This document shows positions 1-12,071 of a DNA stretch of 15,684 bases, piece by piece. The number at the start of each line of letters is the position of its first letter. Positions within the stretch are counted from its first letter, which is position 1. The stretch spans positions 1-15,684 of the forward strand of contig JAAOMT010000365.1 of NCBI GenBank assembly GCA_016748015.1, written 5' to 3'. The stretch is from Geosiphon pyriformis uo1 (taxonomy: Eukaryota > Fungi > Glomeromycota). A program made the position numbers and the translations under genes. The notes under the pieces were generated by a model. It did no database searches and was not told the DNA's origin. It saw only the letters and a program-made list of their open reading frames with translations.

Positions 1-374
1 TAAGAGGAATTTTTTTCGTTTAAATACTAGCATTACTTATTAGCATCTTTTAATCGACCTTTTTTTATTTTCGATAAATAACACGGGCAAAAATGACAAA
101 ATCAAATCTAAAACACAATGGGAAACAATTTAACACTTCTGGAATAACGGCGTCCATTCTGCTAAGAAAATCAATAATCCGAAAAATATATGACAGCTCC
201 AAAAAAGGGTCATGACTTGAAAAAAAAGGCACCCCCATCTCATAAAATCGGTTAGAGTAGGCGCACAAACTCCTGCTATAATATGGATCGGCCTAATCGT
301 CCAATTCCAACCAATTTTCCAAGAGGTAAGACTCGTTTGCATTGTTTCTGGGAATAAAAACTTTGGGAATTTAT
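1..374 (+). repeat. Left arm of a 374-bp terminal inverted repeat
   Basis: Position i pairs with 15685-i from base 1 (TAAGAGGAAT...) to 374 (...CTTTGGGAATTTAT). One mismatch seen (332 C vs 15353). The mirror ORFs 65..268 / 15417..15620 are identical and 130..342 matches the end of 15163..15555 except S/N. Confidence 0.97.
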
Positions 375-580
375 ATTTAAATCCTCTGCGATTAATGGGA
401 AGGCATTGGGAGCTTTAGCAAGACAATAATCCAATGTATACAAGTTGACTTGCTAAAGAATTTATTGGGAGAACATATTTCAGCTTTTAGACTGACGAGC
501 ATAGAAAATTTATGGGGATAATTGAGAGAAATTTAGAAAAAAAAAACCTAAGAATGTGTTAACGAATTTAACGAAGAAAG
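93..580 (+). pseudogene. Decayed, internally deleted Tc1/mariner (DDE) transposase remnant, left copy
   Basis: Frame-shifted fragments read ETI*HFWNNGVHSAKKI, NRLE*AHK (cf. RxxWAxxH), RGKTRLHCF, WEL*QDNNPMYTS*LAKEF (cf. Tc1 FQQDNDPKHTS, second catalytic Asp at 422-424) and ENLWG near 504-520. Many stops and deletions. Confidence 0.8.
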
Positions 581-2122
581 GATTTTTATTAAATAATCTA
601 TAGAAACGACTATCAAATAGTATATTAATTATATTAATTGACATTTAATAATACCTGTTGTGTCAAACTTAATGAACTTATTTTCTATTTTGCCAAAATC
701 TCCAATATATTTGTTGTATCGAACTCTATATATTTTCGTATTGATGTGTTTTTTATATACTTTTTGCATTAATTTTAATGAACTTTTGTTTGTACATTTA
801 TTACCAATTAAGTATAACAGGACAACTTAAAAAAAAGGTTTGTTATTGTTTAGAGTTACTATTTTTTCTATTTTTGAAGTTTACCTATTTTTAATTATAT
901 ACGATATTTATTTTAAAAAAACTTTGTTCATAAGTTATGTTTTACCAAACTGGAAAAACCATTAATTAAATAACGTTCTTTCATTATCAATCAATTTTTT
1001 TCTTTCTTACATTTGTATCGTGAAAATTTTAAATTTTTTAACTAAAGTATAAAATTGCATAAAGGTGTTATTGAAATTTAATATTCATAGCATTTTTGTG
1101 TATTTAGAAGTTTCTGTTAAATTAAAACTGATATTCTTGAAATTAATTCTTTTATTGAATAATTTGTCATATTGAATTCACTTTCTTTATTTATTTAATT
1201 TTTGGCAATGATCGATGTCATAAGCCTGAAAAGAATTTAGTATTAATTGACCAGAAAAGTTTTGAGAATAACCAAACACTCTTTTTGTTTAAAAAAAAGC
1301 TTTGGCAAATAAAGTGCTTAGTGAAATACAAATTCTATTAATTCATTCACTTTGAATTTTATTTATTTATTTCATTTAATGACAGCAATTTTATAAAAAT
1401 TCCAATAATCGATGATTTTTTTTAAAGTAGGAACACGTATAATGACTACAAAAGAGTTAAATACGTTTCTATCATATAAATTTTTTTCTACAATTATGCT
1501 TACTTTTTTTTTTAGAAATACTAGCAATTCTTTAAGTAAAATTTTTATAAAGCTAAAATATTAATATTAATTTAACTAATACTCAATAAACAATATGCTT
1601 ATATGTTGTTAAGAAACTACAATTAGAATAAATAGCTAAAGGTGGTCTCCTATTTTCTTATTATGAGAAAAAGGAAAATTTGGTAAAGATGTAAGTTTAT
1701 TTCATTTAATCTGAAATCAATATGAAGCGTCGAGGCTTTTAAATTTCTGAGATTTTAAGAATTTGAGAAATAAATGGCAAGTCACATTCTAAAATGCTGG
1801 CAGCATATCAAGAAATAAATATATAAAATTGGTCCTTTTTGTATTAACTATTAGACTTTTTATCTTGAAATCTTAATATATAAATACATTTCTCTTGTAA
1901 AGCAATTGTCAATTTCAATATACCGCACTGCTTAGAATACATCTTTTTCCATCTATTGTAACAGCGAAAGCTTATTGTCAAAGGAAAAGCTTAGCATATG
2001 AAAAAATTAGATTATTTTGATCTAAGATTCAAATATTTAGTGAGTCTTAACTAATTTCGGGAGGGTTATCTAAAATTGGATTTTCGGTACAGGTTTCATT
2101 AAAATTTTGATTATAGAAAGAA

Positions 2123-3371
2123 ATGATTAAAGTTCTTGAAATTTTCCTTCAACAAAAATTTGCTATTTTTGAAAAATATTATGCTGTAAAAGACATCTGT
2201 ATTTCTTTTCTTTTCTCTTCTAATCCTTTACTTTTCAAAGATCAAAAAGAAAACTTATTAGCTATAAGACTTGTTCCACTGTCAAAAAAAACAAATGCAA
2301 CAAAATATAATGAAATTTTTTTCTAACTGAAACCAAACTTTAAACGCCGAGAAAAAATCTTTCAACATGGCAATCAACAAGAGCTATTCTTAATAAGTAG
2401 TGGAGATGGATTCGAGAAGAAAAGAAAAGTTCCACTACCTAAAACGCTGGTGAAAGAATACAGAATTCTTCAGCTTTTCAAAGACATGGCATATATGGTA
2501 AATGAGCTCTATTGTACTAGAGAGAATAGTGATATAATTGGTAGAGGCTTTATCGGTACGATAATTCCAAGTAAAATATTTGTCTTTTTATACTAGAGCA
2601 AATTGTTTATTAATTTCACATATAAAATGATTTAAATAGGTAGAGTTTTTTTTTGACGTTGATTTGCAAGAAATTAATGGAGTTTTTACAGGAAAGTCTT
2701 TAAAATAATTGTGAGCATTTTCAACTAAATATAATTAAAAACATTTTGTATTTACACTGCAAAAAAAAATTCGGTTTTAATTTAAAAAAATTTCTCATAT
2801 TCTTAATCATTAGGGCCAGAAGTGATTAAAAGCCAAATCGAAAAGACCAAGTTTACACTGTTAACCTTGTTCCTGAAATAAGTACAATAAAAATTGATTC
2901 ATATTGGTGGAAATCATGGCCAGATAACTATTTTAAATTGTTTGACGGAAGAATACAACGCACTCTAACGATATTAAGTGAAACAGAAGTGAATAAGCCA
3001 ATTCATATTATTCTAACTGGGCATGGTATTGGTGGATGTAAGCAATTATTAAAAATTTTAATTCATTTATTTTAATGCAAAAGTTTGAAAGTTAGCAGCT
3101 GGGTCCTAATTATATAGCTTAATTATGATATTCTCAGCTTGCAGCTGAAGTCCAGAAAAGGCTTAATATTGGTCTCAGAGTCTACAGGATTACACATGCC
3201 AATGACTATTTCCCTCATTTTCCAAAAAAATCAATAATGGTGAATCATATATGTGGCACTGAGTATTGGATTCCAGATAGGAATTGTAATTGCGAAGATC
3301 CTGATGCAGATAGAAAGTTTTGTGGATATTTGATTACAAAAAAGGCTAATATAATAAAAAAACTTTTATAA
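2123..3371 (+). pseudogene. Class-3 lipase-like (Lipase_3 fold) pseudogene
   Basis: ORF 2123 continues in frame past a premature TAA (2324-2326) to ...FKDMAYMVNELYC...GRGFI, with a GT donor at 2556. A poly-T frameshift or stop occurs near 2646-2656. IHIILTGHGIGG at about 3001-3036 is followed by a phase-1 GTAAG intron (3038), as in the two minus-strand paralogs. The last segment reads YRITHANDYFPHFP...TEYWI..CNC up to a TAA ending at 3371. The TFGxPRxGN segment and the GPYFG tail were not found. Confidence 0.8.
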
Positions 3372-4080
3372 AAAAGTTTGCCACTAGGTTTTAATTGTTT
3401 TTTATCTTTATGGGATCTGGTTAAGAACTTTTGAATTTAAATCAAGGGGCTTTTATTTATTTGTATTCTTGGCACGGGACTTTGAGAAGATTTAAATAAT
3501 TTTTATATCACTCTTGTGTGTAAAACATGTAATAGATTGTATGTCATATGAAGATGGCCGATATGAATTGAAATCATTCTTAAACTATTTATGGTAGGAG
3601 AATAATAAAAGATTTTAAAAATCTTATATTGGTAACTTCATGTTTAATTCAACAATAAAAAACCCTCTAATGAATTAACTAAATAGCTATTCTTCAAAAA
3701 GAACCAGCAAAAGAGAAGATTTATTAAAAAATACATAAATGGTTTATGTCTTATGTTTCATGTCAAAGACTTTGATTTTAAATGAAAAACTTCTCATACT
3801 TAATAAGAAATAAAAATGTGTACAAAGGTAGGAAGTTTCATCATAAAAAAAATACTAAAAAGAAATTACGGTAACTAAATGTGGAGAATTACAAATCACA
3901 TTAGAATAAATTTCCCATAGATTGACCTTTGAGTTGAATAATCAAATATTTTTCAATGACACGATCCCAAACATTAGTCTGGGTGCTTTTACTTGATTAT
4001 TACCAATTATCAAAATGCTTTGAAAAAATCAACAATATAAAAGCCCCACTATTAATCCTACTTCAAAATTGATTGAAACC

Positions 4081-6360
4081 ATGTTTAATTTTACAATTCC
4101 CATTTTTAGTTTTGGGCCCTCTTTAGTTCTTATAACGATCTTAGCTTTCACAATTTATTATTTAAGAAAGCTAAAGAATAATTTGGTGAGTATTAAGTGG
4201 AAGGTTAATTCGTAAGATGATTCCTTCTTTTCTAATATTCTATCATTATTGAAATCTTTTTTAAAGAATGAACCACCCCTTGTCCCCTATAAATATCCCT
4301 TGATCGGACATACTTATGAGATTAGGAAAGATTGTGAAGGGTTTTTGAGAAGATGTCGGGAAAAGGTTTGTAATAAATTATTAAAATTTATACCAAATAA
4401 CTAGCTGAAGATTACACTTCCAACTTAATACAATTCAATTTACCTTTCGTCCTTTTTCTAGTATGGAGATGTATACAACATTTATCGATACGGTCAAGTT
4501 CATACCATTGCTGGAAAAGATTATGCCCATGAATTTATCACAAATAAACATGTAGATTTTTTAGGAGCCATAGAGATGGTATGTTACTCAATTTGTAAAT
4601 TGGTATACTATCTTTTTTAAATCACTTGTTTCTATCAATATTGTGATAGTCATTTCCCATCATGGAACTTCTGGGTTTGGATAAATCAACGCGGGTGACT
4701 TCTACAAAGCTGATTCGTGATGAAATTACAACACTTACGCCAAATACCATTGAAAAGTTTCAATTGCGAGCAAAGATAGGGCTCGAAAAACATTTGGGAC
4801 TTTGTGAAAGTTTATATCATTTTGACTTTTCAATAGAATTTTCATGTACCTCATAATATGAATAATCATACTTATGTTTCTTTCTAAAAGAACCCAAGAC
4901 CGTCTACTCCTTGACCGAAACAATTCGAGAAATTCATTCATTTGCAAGTGCATTTGTGGTCTTTGGTGAGGTGAGAAAGATATAGCATTAAATTCATTAC
5001 CACTTGCTTAATAGATTATTTAAATCTTTATTTGGTGAAATCTTAGGAACTCTCCTATGACACGGAATTAATATCTTCTTGTGCTGGTTTTGTCAATGAT
5101 CTCTTCAAATTTGCCCGATTTCCTAAAACATTGGCTTTTATTCATCCTTGGCTTTATAAAAAACAAGTCCAGTATGTTTAAATTTGACTTTTGTTGAATC
5201 TATGCGCAGGTGTTGAATATTCATGATTCTTTTAACTCTTCATAGATGGATGATGAGACTAGGAGAGAATCCAGGTGAAAGAAATCGAGCCAAATTAATA
5301 AATAAACTCCCACCAATTGTTGAAAATCGCATTAAAATGATGAAAGAGCAGGGAGATAAATATAATCCAACGGTGAATATTTATATCATTTTATATTATT
5401 TCCGTGAATAATTTTTCGACTTATTATCGATTTGAACAGTTTGATTTTATACAGAGCATATTAGACAATAATTTAGCTGGGGAAAAAGAAAACATAGATT
5501 ACGATCGCCTGGTCATAATCATTTATAAAATAATTTTCAATTCTATTTCAGTCACTAGCATGAAACTAACAGATGCAATTATAGGTAGGCCAATCCTTTA
5601 TTAAACCAAATATTTCAAAGACTATTCATTAGTAATATCTTTTTATCTTTTAGATTACGCAGCGGAGACTGATTATCAAAAAGAGCTAATGGAAGAACAA
5701 GAAGAAATCGCCAAAGAATATGAACCTGACGGATATCTCACAATTTCCCAACTTGAAAAGATGGTTAAACTTGATAGTTTTATTAAAGAATCAATACGGT
5801 GCAATGAGAATATTTGTAAGCATTTTATTTTCATATTCTCATTTCTTAGCTATATTATAAAATTCATTTTCTTGTCTCCAGTGGGCTTACAAAAGGTCAA
5901 CATGTCTTCGTCACCAATTATGCTTTCAAATGGATATCAAATTCCTCCAAGTAAGTTTCATTGCAAATCATAAAGTAACTGAATATTTTCCGCCCATCAA
6001 ATTTGCGAAATTTGAATAATATTTTGAAATACGGCTATAGAAAGAATATTGTACTGTGACCTTTTGAGTGTGAATGAGAGCGAAAAACTTCAAGGCTCTT
6101 GTCCGACTAAATTTGATCCTCGTAGATATCTCAATAAAGAAGATCCATCTACTCGAATTAGCCGTGCCTATTTGTCGTTTGGACTTGGCCGACGCGCTTG
6201 TCCTGCTCGCTTTTTTGCAATAGCTCAAATCAAGATCTTGCTTTCGATGATCATTCGCAATTATAAGGTTAGTTTAGCGAGTGGTACTAGACCAAAAAAA
6301 ATTGTGTTGGAAGGAGTTCGTATCTCTTCATCTGATGGTGTAGTTTTTGAGAAAAGGTAA
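4081..6360 (+). CDS. Cytochrome P450, 11 exons, about 502 aa
   Basis: Exons 4081-4185, 4267-4365, 4462-4578, 4650-4809, 4891-4970, 5047-5171, 5246-5372, 5440-5584, 5654-5815, 5882-5950 and 6041-6360 sum to 1509 nt, with all GT..AG introns and an open frame. Motifs: N-terminal TM anchor, Pro-rich hinge NEPPLVPYKYPLIGHT, ExxR (ESIR), PERF-like FDPRRY and heme motif FGLGRRACPA. Confidence 0.93.
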
Positions 6361-7107
6361 TCTAAACTCTATGAAAGCTTTTTAAGGTCTGTAAAGTATC
6401 GACCAATTCGAAAATGCTTCCTCACTTTAGATTTAAATAATACCCTTTGAATTTTTAAACTAAAATCTTATTTGGTAAATCTATCTGATTTCTCAATGTA
6501 CTACCTATGTCAACAAACCAAGATCTTGAAAATAATAAAAAATTGCGGTTTTTAATTTATATATTGTAGAGTTTTAAAAATTCAAGCTTTTATCATCTTG
6601 TACTTTGACCACTCCTAAATACTAAGATCTTTCTCACATTGGAGGACGAATTGCGAAAAATAAAAAAATTGAATGTATTCAAGAATTGAATTTGTAAGCT
6701 AACTTTATGAAAAAGAATTCTTTAACTGTTTATATATTTTGCTTTAGATAAAATTTAGTTATAAAGATAGCTGTATAAAAAAATCGAAGGCTATTCGAGA
6801 TCAATGTTTTTCCTCAGAGATAAAAAAATGAGAATAACCTAAAAGTAGAATTTCGTTATTAAAATAATTTAAATTTGAAAATTAGTTCCAAGATTTATTT
6901 GTTTTCTTATTATCCTCAAATTTCCTCTTTTGAAACGATGAATTATCATTTACCAAGATTAGAATCCTGTGATTATATGCTAAACTAAAATTTTAAATAT
7001 TTTCGTATATATCAAATCTTTTAATAAATTACAAACGATTCTAAACGATTTCAAATTCTATTGGTCGCTCATCGCCATCTTAAGATTTGCCGCGCCGTTA
7101 TAAAGGA

Positions 7108-8852
7108 TCAAATATTTTGATTGCCAACGGTGCTCAAAGTGTCTTTTGAATTGTTTTCAGTCTATGTATGAAATTCTATTTTAGATTGCAAGGTTCTTTT
7201 TTCAATATTCTCATGTTTGATTAACCTGATGAGATTTTTCCTACCTCAAACATAGCTACACAGAATTCGGTCAATGGCTTAATGCACCATCGAGTCGGTC
7301 GCCAGAACCCGGTAAACCAGCCAAGATGTCCACCATGAGAAGTTGTTGCCAGGATCACCGATGGATTGAAGCTTTTGGAGAAAAAATTATCATTAGTAAT
7401 CATTATCATTAATGCAAAAAAATCAATGATGTTCTTGAGTATCACAAACCGGCATTCATCATACGGGATACATTCTCGGACCGAAACCGGATCATCTCGA
7501 GCTTGTAGGCAAAGCAACGGTACCCGAACTCTTGTGACAAATCTTGACGAGCTAGCATCCCGATAGTAATCATTTACAGTATCGTAACCGAATACGAGGC
7601 GCGTACACCGGTCATCAAATTCGCGTATCGATCGGGCCTAAGTAGGAATCAAAATTAATTTTAAAATTTTGATTTTAAAATGAAGTTTCACAGCAAAGAA
7701 TATTATTAAAGTAAAGCCTACCGACAAAATAAATGGTGGATCTAACTTTGGATGACGCTTTAAAATTTTTAAATGTTTGGCAAATGAATTTTTAAGGTTG
7801 AGGGCTAATGAAGTGGAATATATTTTTCTACCAACAAGACTACGTTCCATTGCCAAGTTTGTCCTGATTTAGGAGAAAAAGTTAAAATTCAATCGATTTT
7901 AAAAAATCTAAGCTTTTTAGCAAAAATTTTACCCAAGTAAATCAAATGGATTTCCAACAGAAATTGCTCCAATCAACGGTGTTTTGGTTCCTTCCTCGCC
8001 AAGATACTTTATCAAGAGAAATTGGCGAAATTAATTTTTTGGAATAAAACAACTCAATATTTTTATTATTTCCACAAATATTTTAACTTTTAATATACCT
8101 TCACCAAAATATTGGCTCCCAAACTAAATCCAGCACCCATCAATTTTGCATTTGGGATACATTTTTCAATGTATCTTAATGCTACTCTCAGATCATCAGT
8201 ATATCCTGCACAATACATTTGAGGTGATAACAATTCAGAATCCGCGCATCCCCTAAAATTGAATACAACTCCACGATAATTGTGTGGCGGTCTGGTCAAG
8301 ATATCGAGTAGACTACGAATATAAGATTCATGGCTTCCTGATGTTGAAATTTTTAAAATGAAAATTTATAATGATTAATGATCAATGATAATTTTAATGA
8401 TGAAATTACCTCCAGTAAGACCATGAAGAATTACAAGTGTCGGTGTATCATCGAATGGTTTTTCAAATATTGGTGGTGTCCAATCTAGTGTGAACTGGCC
8501 ACCATCTGGAGTGGGAATAAAGTGTCTATAAATTAAAATATAAGTTATTTTATTTGCAATTTCCGTAGAATAATTTATGATTCCAATCTAAAAGTCCTTA
8601 CCTCTCATATTTAACAGGGTAATAATTTAAAAATTTAGCATAGGCAGCATACGCAGTTTGCAAATGTCCATTTGCCAGCCACACGGTGGGATAAAACTTT
8701 GCCAATGGTCCTACGAGTGATGGACATGTCTCCTTTATATAATCCGAAAGAGGAATATTTGAGGTGGTATCGGAGTTTTGATCCTTTACGATTATTTGAG
8801 TCGTGGATGGGTTATGATGAAGTGTAATGGGTGAACCAAAAATAATATCCAT
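7108..8852 (-). CDS. Alpha/beta-hydrolase of the Eht1/Eeb1/YheT/ABHD1-3 family (acyl-CoA:alcohol acyltransferase/esterase-like), 8 exons, about 396 aa
   Basis: Exons 8852-8602, 8525-8410, 8337-8099, 8006-7933, 7863-7722, 7637-7450, 7371-7245 and 7161-7108 sum to 1191 nt. Motifs: NGHLQT, DGGQFTLDW, HGLTGGSHESY, NFRGC, GFSLG (Ser), IREFDD, DDP (Asp) and GGHLGWF (His). The triad is intact. Confidence 0.93.
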
Positions 8853-9397
8853 GGTTTTTAGTATTTCAAAATTTTGATTAAAAAAAATGAAATTATTTGT
8901 AAAACTTGGCCATAATTTTATGTACCGAAAATCTTTTTGCAGATTTTATCGGTGATTCGTTATCTTCTATCCGTTTTATCCCGTTAATCCTACATCTGTA
9001 AAAGATCCCAATCATTGACAAATGGTATGTCCTCAAGAAAGCATGAATTAGGGGTTGAAGTGTTTGAACTTTGAATTTTAGAAAGGAATATTCTAAAGAT
9101 CTATTGAGGAACGAATTGAAATATTGAAGGTAGATTTTAGTTTAATTTAATTTATATGGACTTACTTATCCGAATTTTCAATAATGAGATATTTCAACAA
9201 ATGTGATTAACTCCTCATACGTTTTGGGAATTGACAAAAGGTTTGGTGATGTCTTTACACGCAGTGACGTCAAAAGAAAGTAAAATATTCAAAATATTTC
9301 CAGTTGAAAATTCCCTACAAATTTTTTTATCTGTATTATCTATTTGTGTTCAATATCCTAATATTATTTCATTTAATTTTTTATTAAGAAATCATTT

Positions 9398-10984
9398 TCA
9401 CAAATAATCTTTAGGAAAGTTTGGTGCTAAGATGTCTTTATTACAAGAGCCCATCATATATCCAAAATAAGGTCCAAGTCGTGCTTGATCGGTATTTTGT
9501 GATTCTTGATTTGCTCTTTGATTACAATCCTATAATAAATGTTAATATTTCAATTCTTTGGTTATCTCTAATCTATGAATTTATTAACAAGAAAAATGAA
9601 TCGAGAAAAGTTACCTTAGGTTCCAAGACAATATTAAAATTTTTATCACCTAAACATTCGTAAACTTCCAATTCATTTAATCTATCACACTCGCATGAAC
9701 CATCATTAATCCAAAACTCAGTTATATGATGAAAGTATTCTTCTAATCCATTGTAAGGCATAAATTGTGGGATATAATCGTCCATAAAAGTAATCCTATA
9801 TATCATTTGTTTTCGTTTGCCATTTTTCAAAGGGGTATTTAAGAGCTTGTCCATGAAATTAGCAAATTGCCAATTCCCTATTCGAGGAGATCCAAATGTC
9901 ACGATTTGAATTTCAAGATTTGATTTCATGAGCAGGATATCAGATGGATTAAATTTGTATCCCGAGGGTTTATAGAAAAGACGGTATTCGGCTGAAGGGT
10001 TTTGTCTCATTTTCTGGTATAAAGACTGAATTTTTTTATATTCAATTGCTCCTAAAACTGCCAATACTGAATGAATTATGGGAGAAGAATTTTTAAGATG
10101 AATTCCATAGAGATTTTTGAACTGATTACAAAGAATGCCTCAAAATTTTTAAAATTAATCTCACCACCACCCAAAAAATGTCCAGTAAAACTAATCTTTT
10201 GCAATTTCGGATATCGTATCAAAAAAGAAGTAATTTTTTCAACAAATTTTGCGCGTGACAATAGAAACTCATTTAATAATGTTGATTCTACTTCCCCTCC
10301 ATTCAAACTTGTGTATGGTTGAAATCTTTTAATTGAGGGAATCCAACTAAATCCGATCCTTTGAAAATATATAATTAGTGTTTGTGGAGAGTGCATTTCG
10401 AATCCAGCTAAGATTAAGGATTTTTGATTAACGATTGGTTTTTGAAATAAATAAAGAATAATGGATTCAATTAAATAAACAGTACCATAGACGCCACCAG
10501 CTAGCCGATATTCTTTCGAGTGAAGACAATATGCTTTGCTGGCATAATATGCATGAAATTGAAATTTTTTTAAGCGATTATCTGAACGATCCAATAATCT
10601 TTTTGTCGTAAAATTTTCAATCCTTTTTATAATTGACAAATTTTTTTCTGGTAGTATTGAACTAGAATTGGGTTTACTTGTCTCATTATGTTGAAAATTC
10701 TCGAATATAGGTACTTTTCTAGAATTATCAGATAGATGATTAATGAGTTCCTTCTTTCTTCCACCAAATTTTTTTGATGAATTTTTACTACTTTTGAGAG
10801 ATGTAATTATATTATAAATAAAAGGATTTCTGAATAGAATAAAAATTTCTGCAATATCTTTAAACTTTTCAAAACTATAAGAACTTGAAAAATATTCATA
10901 AAGTTGAACTCCAAATATTGGTGTTAAAATTATGAAAATTAGTAAAGCAAATTTTTGAAATCTTTTCAAATTGTTCCATCCCAT
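9398..10984 (-). CDS. Class-3 lipase-like protein, predicted non-catalytic, with N-terminal TM/signal segment; 4 exons, about 441 aa
   Basis: Exons 10984-10486, 10407-10165, 10066-9615 and 9529-9398 sum to 1326 nt. Motifs: YASKAYC, TGHFLGG, TFGSPRIGN, YRIT..DDYIP, HH..EFWI, C-x-C and RLGPYFG. Confidence 0.9.
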
Positions 10985-12071
10985 AATGCCACTTTATATT
11001 TGTTAATAGAGGTGTTCCCCGAATTTGAATATATTTTGTGTGAATCTTTCAGAGATGATCTAATTAAAAGGATACGTACATCATTATATTAGTATTCAAT
11101 AAATCCTTGTATCTCATCCCATTATTTTATCGAGTTCGGGATAACATTTTCCTTAAAAATCACGTTGTTGCAATCGGCTTATCAGATATACAGTTTGTAG
11201 GTGAGTACATGTATAAAAATTGAAGGGTGTGTAAAAAAAAATTTTAAAAAGATTTTGGTGAGTTGAAAGAAATTATTTAGTCTTAATAAACACATGGTTT
11301 CAAACTTATTAACTGATAAAAACTTAAAATAATACTATCAAAGAAATATCACCTTTTCAAAAAAATGTGTTGAATAATAAGTTTTTTTAATTTAAGATTC
11401 AGAAAAGAGCAAATAGATAGATCGGCGAGCTAAAACATTGAAAATATTTTGAAGGTGGTAATAGAAATATTAATTAACTTATTTATTTATAATTTAAATT
11501 TTTCTGTTGTCTAGAAAATGAATACTAATTATTATACAATTTTATTTGATAAAGTTATAATTTTAATTTTTCATATAAATATATATTTCTCAAGTTTTCT
11601 GTTTAAATATTAAGAAATATTAATCTGGTCACGTGCGGACAAAGCAAAAGCTGCGTTTACTATAAAATGTATATAGTTTTTTCCGTGTAAATAGAGGTTT
11701 AGGCCTCACTTCGTTAAGCAAAAAAAAAATAGTAATTCTTATTATTGTGTTATGAAATAAATTTTCATTGGGTAAATAATTTCAATTACTCAAATATTCA
11801 ATTTTTTGATGAGATAAAATAGGTCTCATTATAAAAAACAAGTTTCTTGATTTTTTTATAACTCCAAGAAATTGTGTAAAAAAGAAAATTCTTCTCAAAT
11901 ATTTGTGATATTTCAATATGGTCAAATTTCTTAAAAGATAAATATAAATAAGTTCAAATTTTAATAATAACTTTTCATTTAAAACGACCTCATGATCAAT
12001 TAAATAGAAATTAAGCACTGATAAAATCGCAAAATTTTCTCTTAGCCTTAGTGATTATTTCAAATTAAAAT

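Noticed and set aside
65-342. ORFs 65..268 and 130..342 and their mirrors 15163..15555 and 15417..15620
   Set aside because: They are antisense to the transposase remnants and duplicated only because of the inverted repeat; no protein motifs recognised.
130-450. Stops consistent with C-to-T / G-to-A transitions in the Tc1 remnant, suggesting RIP
   Set aside because: Too few sites and no consensus to compare against; ordinary methylation-driven deamination or neutral decay explains them equally well.
730-2120. Long AT-rich spacer with short imperfect repeats (e.g. near 1170-1200 and 1340-1380)
   Set aside because: Similarity is within what low-complexity AT-rich DNA produces; no regular array, tRNA or CRISPR-like structure seen.
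4735-7566. ORFs 4735..4953(-), 5968..6228(-) and 7366..7566(+)
   Set aside because: Antisense shadows of P450 and hydrolase exons.
9265-11635. TGACGTCA (9265-9272), CACGTG (11630-11635) and scattered TTATCC(C)G-like motifs upstream of genes
   Set aside because: Short motifs that could occur by chance; no conservation or expression evidence is available.
9421-12018. ORFs 9421..9663(+), 10071..10322(+) and 11782..12018(-)
   Set aside because: The first two are antisense to lipase-like exons; the third is low-complexity AT-rich sequence with a non-ATG start.
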